From assembly GCA_947628145.1 (NCBI GenBank), contig CANQYU010000002.1:1-58795 (forward strand): DNA of 58,795 nucleotides. Direction: 5' to 3'. Position numbers and translations under genes: made by a program. Shown in pieces: positions 16,649 to 24,693 of the stretch. Numbering within the stretch: the first letter of the stretch is position 1; every line of letters begins with the position of its first letter. The notes under the pieces were generated by a model. The model worked only from the letters and a program-made list of their open reading frames with translations. It was not told the origin of the DNA and did no database searches. Source of the DNA: an uncultured Bacilli bacterium (lineage in GTDB: Bacteria; Bacillota_I; Bacilli_A; RF39; UBA660).

Positions 16649-17519
16649 GATTTTTTATTAGGCTTTCCGTTTTAAAAACATAATCTAATTTAGTGCGTAA
16701 GATTTTAGTATCTAATATTTCAGAACCAGTTAAGTTAACTAAAGGTGGTATGCTTATAACAATATAAAATAAATCTTTTTCGTTATCTTTTAATGGATAA
16801 CTTTTTAAATACTTTTTAATAAGGGGTTCAAAGTCTAAATTCATGTATTCTTTTTGATAAAAAGTAATTAAATCAAGAATGGGAGAATCGATTTTGGAAT
16901 TTTCCCAACTAATGAGATAACCTTTATCACTTCTTATAAAATGGTCGGTTTCTAAATTATTATGAATAAACGCGACTCTTTCTTTTAAATCATTTTTAGT
17001 AGTATCATACCAGTTATCTAATAAATCTTCGGCATAATCTAAACCTGAAAATATTTTATAAATATTGCGCATTAAAAGATAATGACTAGGACTAGGATAT
17101 ATTTCTTCAATATAGATATTATAAAAATTTTCATAATAGTTTCTGGTATATAAAATATTATTTTTTAAATTATCATAAATTTCTTTATATTTATCTTCGG
17201 TTATTTCTTTAAAGTAAGTAGTTTTATTATGAAGAAGAGCCACTAATTCTATTAAATCTTCAGCTTTTTGTTCTTTAGGTTCTTTAACTTCATCAATATA
17301 TTCAAAGATATTAACATCATCTCTATTATTATTAGCTAAACGAGGAAAATAATCAAAATTGCGCCCTGCTAAGTAATTATAAGCTTTACTTACTTTGTCG
17401 TTATTTTTTTCTTTGATAACATAAGAACCACTGGTAGAATCAATAATTGTTACTTTCTTTTTTTTGGTAAAGCGATAAGGTTTATAAGTACTTTTTATTT
17501 CTTCTAATGCATTATTCAT
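16623..17519 (-). CDS. CotS-family kinase-like spore coat protein (YsxE-like)
   Basis: 298 aa with the phosphotransferase-like segment FIHNNLETDHFI...ISWENS. It lies immediately downstream of, and overlaps, a SpoVID-like gene, as in the Bacillus spoVID-ysxE operon. Confidence 0.6.
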   Translation of the reverse strand: MNNALEEIKSTYKPYRFTKKKKVTIIDSTSGSYVIKEKNNDKVSKAYNYLAGRNFDYFPRLANNNRDDVNIFEYIDEVKEPKEQKAEDLIELVALLHNKTTYFKEITEDKYKEIYDNLKNNILYTRNYYENFYNIYIEEIYPSPSHYLLMRNIYKIFSGLDYAEDLLDNWYDTTKNDLKERVAFIHNNLETDHFIRSDKGYLISWENSKIDSPILDLITFYQKEYMNLDFEPLIKKYLKSYPLKDNEKDLFYIVISIPPLVNLTGSEILDTKILRTKLDYVFKTESLIKNLTSGDKQS

Positions 17520-18258
17520 TAGTATTCGGAATTATTATTTTATCCTTGGCTGATAAATTAGATAAATCATTATATTCTGATAATATGTTCATATTAGAAT
17601 TATACATTGTACAGATTGTTTCTACGGTTTCACCATCACTTACCATATGAATATGATACGTAGCATAGGAATTATCGGTAGTGTTAATATTATTAATTAT
17701 AGTATTTTCATTTAAAGTTTCCTCTTTATTGATGTTCATTTCTAATTTCTCTTCTTTAGAGTCTACTACTTTAAGTTGTTCCTCGACGGGTTCTTCAGAT
17801 TTAGGGGGAATATTCTCTTCTTTTTCTTCATTATTAGAAAAATTTAAGGAAGAGTCTAAATCGGCAAAAAGAGTACTATCGGGAGTTGTAAAAAGACTAT
17901 CTGTTTCATTAACATTACGACTTTCTTCTGATTCCTCTTTAGGGCTTGCAATAACATTAAAATCAATATTTACTCTTAAAATATTATTTTCGATTACTTC
18001 ATAAGTAAAATCTTCAATTAAAAATTCAATAGTACTCTCGTCAATATTATTAGCTAAAGTAATTTCAAAGGGTAAAATATAAGAAAATGGTTCTTTATTA
18101 ATACTTACCTCATGACTTTTATAGTCACCAGAAATAATAAAGTTTCCTTTTAAAGTACCATCTTCTACTTTAGTTTCATGCTCTAAACTAATGCTGGTGA
18201 TTTCATATAACTTATGCTCAAAATCAATATCTTTTGTAAATGGGATTTTACAATTCAT
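17512..18258 (-). CDS. spoVID: SpoVID-like sporulation protein (N-terminal SpoVID domain, acidic middle, C-terminal LysM)
   Basis: 248 aa. The N-terminus is ...LYEITSISLEHETKVEDGTLKGNFIISGDYKS.... The C-terminal LysM-like segment is YHIHMVSDGETVETICTMYNSNMNILSEYNDLSNLSAKDKIIIP. Confidence 0.65.
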   Translation of the reverse strand: MNCKIPFTKDIDFEHKLYEITSISLEHETKVEDGTLKGNFIISGDYKSHEVSINKEPFSYILPFEITLANNIDESTIEFLIEDFTYEVIENNILRVNIDFNVIASPKEESEESRNVNETDSLFTTPDSTLFADLDSSLNFSNNEEKEENIPPKSEEPVEEQLKVVDSKEEKLEMNINKEETLNENTIINNINTTDNSYATYHIHMVSDGETVETICTMYNSNMNILSEYNDLSNLSAKDKIIIPNTNE

Positions 18259-18324
18259 TTAATCATCTCCTAAAAAACTTTATGTTGTTCTTTAAGAAAT
18301 ATACCAAAAGTAGGCATAAATAAA

Positions 18325-18353
18325 TTGACTTTTCCTATATATTATAGTAAAAT
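18325..18353 (+). promoter_or_regulatory. Putative promoter of rpmB
   Basis: TTGACT-17 nt-TAAAAT lies about 35 nt upstream of the rpmB ATG. Confidence 0.55.
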
Positions 18354-18386
18354 CTTATAAGTAAAAGAAATTTTGGAGGTGGCAAT

Positions 18387-18548
18387 ATGGCAAAGAAAGT
18401 TACAACTAAAAAACCTTTAACAGGTAATAAGAGAAGTCATGCTTTAAATGCAACAAAAATGAAGCAAAAACCTAATATTCAAAAGAAAACTATTGACGGA
18501 ACTAAAGTTAGAATTAGTGCTAGAGAAGCAAGAACTTTTGAAAAATAG
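18387..18548 (+). CDS. rpmB: 50S ribosomal protein L28 (missing from the ORF track because it is under 60 aa)
   Basis: The RBS is GGAGGTGG. The product is MAKKVTTKKPLTGNKRSHALNATKMKQKPNIQKKTIDGTKVRISAREARTFEK, and GNxRSHAxNATK is the L28 signature. Confidence 0.9.
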   Translation: MAKKVTTKKPLTGNKRSHALNATKMKQKPNIQKKTIDGTKVRISAREARTFEK

Positions 18549-18601
18549 TTTTATCATAAAATTAAATTAATTGCCTATATTATTAATAGGTGATTTTTTT
18601 T

Positions 18602-19123
18602 ATGAGTTTAAAAAAATGGAAAGTGTTAAGTGTTTTTGCTATATTTGGAATTAGTGCCCTTTTACATTTTGGATATGTTTGGTTTCCTAATTTTTTTACT
18701 TCTTTATTTTTTCCCGTAAATGAAAGTATTTGGGAACATAATAAAATAATAATAGGTTCTTTTTTGATTTGGACTATTATTGAAAAAATATATTATAAAA
18801 ACTATAAAAATGTTTTATGGTCAGGTTTTATAACAAGTATTATATGTGCTATATTAGTTATGGTTATTTTTACCCCGATTTTCTCTTTAATTTTAAAAAC
18901 GCATGATAATATGATTGTAACTTTTATAGTTTTCTTACTTGCAATTGCAATTAGTCAAATAATAAGTTATAAATTATTAAATGAACCCTCATCTAAAAAT
19001 TTAGATTATATAGCAATTATTGGGTTTGGTTTAGTAATTATACTTAATGCTTTATTAACGTATATGCCTTTACATTTGGGAATATTTTTTGATTATAATA
19101 AGAAGATATTTGGCTTAGGCTAA
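18602..19123 (+). CDS. Polytopic membrane protein of unknown function
   Basis: An ATG lies 8 nt after RBS AGGTGA. The protein has about 5 hydrophobic helices. Confidence 0.7.
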   Translation: MSLKKWKVLSVFAIFGISALLHFGYVWFPNFFTSLFFPVNESIWEHNKIIIGSFLIWTIIEKIYYKNYKNVLWSGFITSIICAILVMVIFTPIFSLILKTHDNMIVTFIVFLLAIAISQIISYKLLNEPSSKNLDYIAIIGFGLVIILNALLTYMPLHLGIFFDYNKKIFGLG

Positions 19124-19133
19124 ATATTTTTAT

Positions 19134-20342
19134 TTAATTTAAATTTAAAACACAAAAAGATTCTAAATGGTATGTATAACTAAACATATCTAGAATTTTA
19201 TATTCTTTTAGTGTATAAACTTCTTCTAATAATTTTAAATCTCTTATTAAAGTATTAAGGTTACAAGATATATATATAATTTTAGTTGGTAATTTATTTT
19301 TTATAAAATTAATCGTATTTTTATCTAAACCTTTACGAGGTGGGTCTAATATTAAAGTATCGAAAGCAAAAGATAAATTACTAACTATTTTAGAAACGTC
19401 TCCTAATAAAAATTTGATATTATTTCTTTTATTAATTTTAGCATTAAATATACCATTTAAGATGGCATTTTGCACAATTTCAACACTATAAACCATTTGA
19501 GCTTTAAGACTGGCAACAATACTTAAAGTCCCTACTCCACTATAAAGGTCTAAAACTTGAGAATTGGGTTCAATATGATTTTCTATTAATTTAAATAATT
19601 CTTCTGTAATAAAATTATTTACTTGAAAAAAAGAATTATAACTTATTTTAAATAAGAAATTATGAAGGCGTTCATAATAAAAATCTTGACCATAGATAGT
19701 TTTATTGTTATAAACTATGCCAACTAATTTTACCTTTTCTTTTAATTTAGATAAATCAATATTATAGTTGGATTCGGGAGTTTCAATTATTAATAAAACC
19801 TCATTATTAGAATTGGTTCTAATTGTTAAATTACCATTTTCAAGGTTTAATAACTGATAATTTTTTAAAACCGCATTAATGGTTTTATTAGCGATTAAGC
19901 ATTCTTCTATTGCAACTAAAGAATGAGTTTTTTCTTCATAAAAACCAATTTGGGAATTTATTATTTTTAAACTAAGTTTATTGCGATAATAAAAATTAGA
20001 AAGATTAGGAATAAGATTAATGGGAGGATTATTTATCTTATTTTTAAGAAATAAATCATGAACTTTTTGGATTTTAAAATCTAAAGTATCAGAATAATTA
20101 TAAAATAATAAATGACAACCCCCACATATAGAAAAATAGGGACATGGGCTTTTTATTCTTTTAGAACTTATTTTTTGATATTTTAAAACTTCCCCCTCAC
20201 TATAACTTTTTTTATCTTGGGTTATTTTAACATCTACTATTTCACTAGGAAGAGCATTTTTAATAAAAATTACTTTATTATTTATATGTCCTACTCCTCG
20301 ACCAAAGCTATCTAAAGAAGTTATTAATACACCTTCTACCAT
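19134..20342 (-). CDS. 23S rRNA (uracil-5-)-methyltransferase, RumA/RlmCD (TrmA) family
   Basis: 402 aa with a TRAM-like N-terminus, the Fe-S Cys cluster CPYFSICGGCHL, the SAM motif VLDLYSGVGT, DPPRKG and a C-terminal catalytic Cys region. Confidence 0.85.
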   Translation of the reverse strand: MVEGVLITSLDSFGRGVGHINNKVIFIKNALPSEIVDVKITQDKKSYSEGEVLKYQKISSKRIKSPCPYFSICGGCHLLFYNYSDTLDFKIQKVHDLFLKNKINNPPINLIPNLSNFYYRNKLSLKIINSQIGFYEEKTHSLVAIEECLIANKTINAVLKNYQLLNLENGNLTIRTNSNNEVLLIIETPESNYNIDLSKLKEKVKLVGIVYNNKTIYGQDFYYERLHNFLFKISYNSFFQVNNFITEELFKLIENHIEPNSQVLDLYSGVGTLSIVASLKAQMVYSVEIVQNAILNGIFNAKINKRNNIKFLLGDVSKIVSNLSFAFDTLILDPPRKGLDKNTINFIKNKLPTKIIYISCNLNTLIRDLKLLEEVYTLKEYKILDMFSYTYHLESFCVLNLN

Positions 20343-20383
20343 ATGACCACCTGTAAAAATTATAACATGATTTAATTAATTAG

Positions 20384-20425
20384 CAAAATAAAAAGATACT
20401 ATAAATTGTTATAATATAGTATCTT
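20384..20425 (-). terminator. Rho-independent terminator of the four-gene membrane operon
   Basis: The minus strand reads AAGATACTATA-N11-TATAGTATCTT followed by TTTTATTTT. It overlaps the stop codon of the last gene. Confidence 0.6.
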
Positions 20426-21119
20426 ATCTTTTATTTAATTTAAATTGTTCTTGTTGTAATTCCAAGTTAATTTTAAGATTTTCGTATTCTCCTCTAAGTT
20501 CATCCATATTCAAAACATAGGAAATAGCATTTTGTTCCCCCGTTTGTAATAATTCGCCATTAAGACCTAAAATTGGGGTTACATTTTCATATTTTCCGAT
20601 TGCTTTAGAATATACTACATTTCTTTTTCTAATTTCATTTAATATACGACTTTTGGCAAATATTGGAAAATAGTTAGTTATTATTATATTTTTTTGAATA
20701 TTTTTAGTAACCATTACTAAAGAATAATATTTCATTAATAAATCTAATAATGCGGCTATTTCTTCATTTTGAATTTTAAAATTGCCTATTTGAATAAATT
20801 TTTCAATTAATATCTTAAATATTTTAAAATAGGAAAAACCTTTAGCTTGAAATTCTTCTAAGTTTTGTCGAAAGAAATCGGAATTAACATATTTTAAGAT
20901 TTCATCGATAAGTTGTCTATCAAAATTGTAAAAATTAATATAATATAAATTTAAATTTTTTTGACTTTCAATGTAAGTAGCATCTTTTTGCCATAAATCA
21001 GTAATGTACTCAACAGGCTCTAAGGCTTCATTTAATACCACTAAAGTACGTTCTATATTTCCCTTTGTGTCATGAGCCCAGTCATAAATGATTTTTTTAG
21101 GACTGTTGTAGTATGCCAT
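20424..21119 (-). CDS. Hypothetical cytoplasmic protein, last gene of the four-gene operon
   Basis: 231 aa with no hydrophobic segments. Its ATG overlaps the upstream stop as TAATG. Confidence 0.75.
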   Translation of the reverse strand: MAYYNSPKKIIYDWAHDTKGNIERTLVVLNEALEPVEYITDLWQKDATYIESQKNLNLYYINFYNFDRQLIDEILKYVNSDFFRQNLEEFQAKGFSYFKIFKILIEKFIQIGNFKIQNEEIAALLDLLMKYYSLVMVTKNIQKNIIITNYFPIFAKSRILNEIRKRNVVYSKAIGKYENVTPILGLNGELLQTGEQNAISYVLNMDELRGEYENLKINLELQQEQFKLNKR

Positions 21120-23395
21120 TAATGTTTTTCTCCATTTCCTTTACCACCGCTTTTAGATACTGAACTAGCACGTTGTTGTTCTTGGAATTGTTGATTGGCT
21201 TTTTCTTGACGAGCTTCTTGATTATATTTATCTAAGTAATCTATATAATCATTGGCTTCTTTAACGCCACTTCTTATGTCAGCGACTAGTCTATCATAAG
21301 CATCTTTATTACTTAAATTTCCGTATCTAGCAATAGCTTGTTCCATAGCAGCTCTTTTACTTACATCAGTTTCTCTAGCTAAAATCTTATCTTTAGCAAT
21401 TAATACATCTGAATATTGGGCAGTCGCTTGTTGAATATTTCTTGCAGCATTGGCAATTGCTTCCGCCTTTTTATTTTTTTCGGTTCTTTCAATATTATCC
21501 TTATTGATTTTAGCACGATTAAATTTATCTTGAGCTATAATTAAATTAGTGCCAAATTGTTTCATCATGTTTTCATTAGCAAGTTCTCTAGCTTTTTCCA
21601 CTTCTTTTTGATTATCTGAATGAAAATTATTGTCTTTCATAACCTTTTCAAATTCTTGATTAAAGACTGTTTGATAATGGGCTAATTCATTTTCTAATCT
21701 TTCAGTTTCAGATTTGGCATCAATAAAGCTTTGAACTTTTTTCCAGGTGTTTTCCAAAGCTGAAAAATTAGAATCAATTTTATCAGCTAATTCCGAAATA
21801 CGAGATACAGCTTTAGGGTTGTAATCACTAATTCCAGCCCATTCTCTTACTTTTTCACTATTTCGATGAGCTCGGTACATACGTTTAGCCTCTCTTGAAT
21901 CACTTTTAATTGGAGCTACATCTGTACCATATTCTTCATTACCTTTTTCTATTTCAGCATTAATACCTTCAATGTAAGCTTCTCTATCTTTAATTTTACT
22001 ATATTTTCTATTTTCACGATTAATTCTTCTATTAGTAGCATTTTCAATAGCATTATTCATATTACTATTCATGCTTTTAAAATCTTTAATATCACCTGAG
22101 TGCCACATAGAATTTGTTCCAGCAGATGCTCCTCCGGCTAATGCACTTGCAAAGCGATTCCAAATTTTTTTTTGATTACCTTCTTGGTCTTTAGCATTAA
22201 AGCCTTGAACTGCGGCGGTTGTAATACCTCCAAGAGCTGCGGCGGTCATAAGAGTACTTCCTAAAACATTATATTTACCACCATCAAGTCCAGTTATTTC
22301 TTTAATGATGTTTGGGGCTTGTTTTACAAATAAAATTATACCTATAATGATAAGAGCTTGAGCTATAGTTTTTACTAAAAAATTAGTTCCTTTTAAAGTA
22401 TAGGCAGCAAACACATTATCTATGCTTTTCCCGACTGTAGATATAATTAAAACGGCAAAATATAGAATAGCTATTCTAATAAATACCTCTGCAAAGGTCG
22501 ACAAGGTAGCTTTTAGCCAATTATTAAACATTTTATTAACTGTTTCATTTGGAATTATTCTGCCCAGAATTGGTAAAGGAGCAATAAGTTCATACACGGC
22601 TAATTTTACAAGTCTTAAAGCCATATCTAAACAATAGCTTAATAATACAAAGAGAACGAAAGCCCCAGCTATAATATCAAAAAACATTAAATAAGTTATT
22701 TTATCGTCTGCTATAAAATCAGCTGCATCTGCTACATCGAAAAATGTTGTATTTTCTTTAGCTTTTGCCCACATTTCACCATAAGTTACACCATTTTCTG
22801 ATCTCATTAATTCACAATCTGGACTATTACCAACACTAACTCCATCTTGAATTGTTTCATCCTCAACATCACAATAGCCATCTTCAACAATTAAAAATGT
22901 TTTCCAAATAGTTGAGGCCATGGTATATCCACCCATACGAATTGTATCTTGAGCATCACCAGTGGCGGAGCCTGCTATTAATTTTCCAATAACATTATTG
23001 TTCAAAAAAGAATCTTGAACTAAGAAAGCAAAGTCAAATATGGTTGGCATAAATGCAATTAATACTATAGATATAATAACATCTTTTATTATGTTAATAG
23101 GACTTTTTTTACCTTTTAATCCCTCTTCAGGATTTGCCATACTTTTGAGTAAAGAGTATGCGACTAAAAATAGAATTACAACTCCTATGACTACATATAT
23201 TCTTGATACAAAGCCATTAATTGCTGAAGATTCAAATATACTACCTCCATGTGCTAATACCAAAAATATTTGATATACTAAACTTATAAATGAATAAATA
23301 ATAGCATTTATCCATAAAAGTAATCTAAAGAAGAAAGCAGAAATTGCATCTCCTATATTACTCCAAAATCCTCCTAAAAAAATAAATCTCGTCAT
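21119..23395 (-). CDS. Polytopic membrane protein (about 7-8 TM, Cys-containing external loop) with a roughly 330-aa coiled-coil tail; VirB6/TrbL/TcpH-like architecture
   Basis: The start is taken at the ATG 5 nt after RBS AGGTGA. TM segments include IYSFISLVYQIFLVLA, RIYVVIGVVILFLVAYSLL and FDIIAGAFVLFVLLSYCLDMALRLVKLAVYELIAPLPILG. The tail is rich in K/E/N/Q/A heptads. Confidence 0.8.
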   Translation of the reverse strand: MTRFIFLGGFWSNIGDAISAFFFRLLLWINAIIYSFISLVYQIFLVLAHGGSIFESSAINGFVSRIYVVIGVVILFLVAYSLLKSMANPEEGLKGKKSPINIIKDVIISIVLIAFMPTIFDFAFLVQDSFLNNNVIGKLIAGSATGDAQDTIRMGGYTMASTIWKTFLIVEDGYCDVEDETIQDGVSVGNSPDCELMRSENGVTYGEMWAKAKENTTFFDVADAADFIADDKITYLMFFDIIAGAFVLFVLLSYCLDMALRLVKLAVYELIAPLPILGRIIPNETVNKMFNNWLKATLSTFAEVFIRIAILYFAVLIISTVGKSIDNVFAAYTLKGTNFLVKTIAQALIIIGIILFVKQAPNIIKEITGLDGGKYNVLGSTLMTAAALGGITTAAVQGFNAKDQEGNQKKIWNRFASALAGGASAGTNSMWHSGDIKDFKSMNSNMNNAIENATNRRINRENRKYSKIKDREAYIEGINAEIEKGNEEYGTDVAPIKSDSREAKRMYRAHRNSEKVREWAGISDYNPKAVSRISELADKIDSNFSALENTWKKVQSFIDAKSETERLENELAHYQTVFNQEFEKVMKDNNFHSDNQKEVEKARELANENMMKQFGTNLIIAQDKFNRAKINKDNIERTEKNKKAEAIANAARNIQQATAQYSDVLIAKDKILARETDVSKRAAMEQAIARYGNLSNKDAYDRLVADIRSGVKEANDYIDYLDKYNQEARQEKANQQFQEQQRASSVSKSGGKGNGEKH

Positions 23396-23404
23396 TTTAA
23401 TCAC

Positions 23405-24691
23405 CTAATTTATATTACAAGTTCCTGGGTCATATGCGCCAAGAATTGTTAGCAAAAATTTAATTAATATTGGTAAAAAGAATATAATAACAGCTATTAT
23501 AAGTCTCTTAATTGATTTTATTGTCGCTTTTTTGATAGCATCTTGATTATTGGAAACAATTGCTTTTACGTATTCAGAAATTGTGAAAACAAATAACATA
23601 ACTATAGAAGCATATTTCATAATATTAAAAACAAATTGTAAATAATAGGCTGGGCTTCCCGATTCCTCAGGATTTCCTAAATAACTATCACATCTGTTTG
23701 TTACTATAAAATCATCGGTCCAATCGTCAGCTATTCCTGAAAAAAATTCACCAAATACATGAGGTAAAGTATCCTCTACAGTATCCATAAAATTATTGAA
23801 ATTATCAATTAAAGTGTCAGCTTCTTCTCTTTCCATTTCTCCATTATCAACAGAATCTTCAATTTTTTGAGTTTCATCTTTTACGAATGCTTTCAATCTT
23901 TGATGAAGCTCATCTGCGATTCTATTGTTTGCTGGATGAGAAAAGAAAAACTGAGGAACTGCATTGCCATTGAAAAATTTTTGGTAATTATTAGTCATTA
24001 CTTCAGTAATTATATTATTTAATTCTTCGCTTGTAAGTTCTCCTGATTGAATATTATTTAAGTAATTAGTTTCAAGTTCATTTAAAATAGCTTCAGCTTG
24101 TCTGGAAATAAAACTATAAGCAAAATTATAGTTGTTTGTTGTAGAGATAAATTTGCTACCTTTACCAAAAACTACTCCATCATCATCAACACTTTGGCAA
24201 GTTTCTATTTCACTACTAACGCAAACTTGATTTCCAGAACTATAATAGCTTGGGAATGCCCAATTTTCGTATGTATCAATAATTATATTACTTGGACATT
24301 TAAAGTTATCGATATTCATTGATTTATATTCACCAAAATCATATACACCTTTACTATCCAAAATTTCTTGCCAATTTCCATATTTTTCAAAGCGCTCCGC
24401 TTTACCAGTAGCATCATTACTATAGATATATGGTTGATTCCAAGATAAGAGAAAATTCTTATGAGCAGTATCATAAAATATATTAGCAATGGCTGAATAT
24501 TCATTATTACCAGATTTATAATTAGTTTTATATTGGCATATTATAACGCATGTTTTATTATTATAACAATCAGGACGTTCAAAATCATTAGTGAAGATTA
24601 TTGGATTTTCATCATAGCCATCATCTGCAGCTTTAACTGGCATTATTCCTAATATAAATACTAATATAAATAGCAGTACATATTTTTTCAT
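23405..24691 (-). CDS. Secreted Cys-containing protein anchored by a C-terminal two-helix (VirB2-like) hairpin
   Basis: 428 aa with RBS GGAGGAG and signal peptide MKKYVLLFILVFILGIMPVKA. The C-terminus is ...ASIVMLFVFTISEYVKAIVSNNQDAIKKATIKSIKRLIIAVIIFFLPILIKFLLTILG. Confidence 0.8.
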   Translation of the reverse strand: MKKYVLLFILVFILGIMPVKAADDGYDENPIIFTNDFERPDCYNNKTCVIICQYKTNYKSGNNEYSAIANIFYDTAHKNFLLSWNQPYIYSNDATGKAERFEKYGNWQEILDSKGVYDFGEYKSMNIDNFKCPSNIIIDTYENWAFPSYYSSGNQVCVSSEIETCQSVDDDGVVFGKGSKFISTTNNYNFAYSFISRQAEAILNELETNYLNNIQSGELTSEELNNIITEVMTNNYQKFFNGNAVPQFFFSHPANNRIADELHQRLKAFVKDETQKIEDSVDNGEMEREEADTLIDNFNNFMDTVEDTLPHVFGEFFSGIADDWTDDFIVTNRCDSYLGNPEESGSPAYYLQFVFNIMKYASIVMLFVFTISEYVKAIVSNNQDAIKKATIKSIKRLIIAVIIFFLPILIKFLLTILGAYDPGTCNIN

Positions 24692-24693
24692 TT

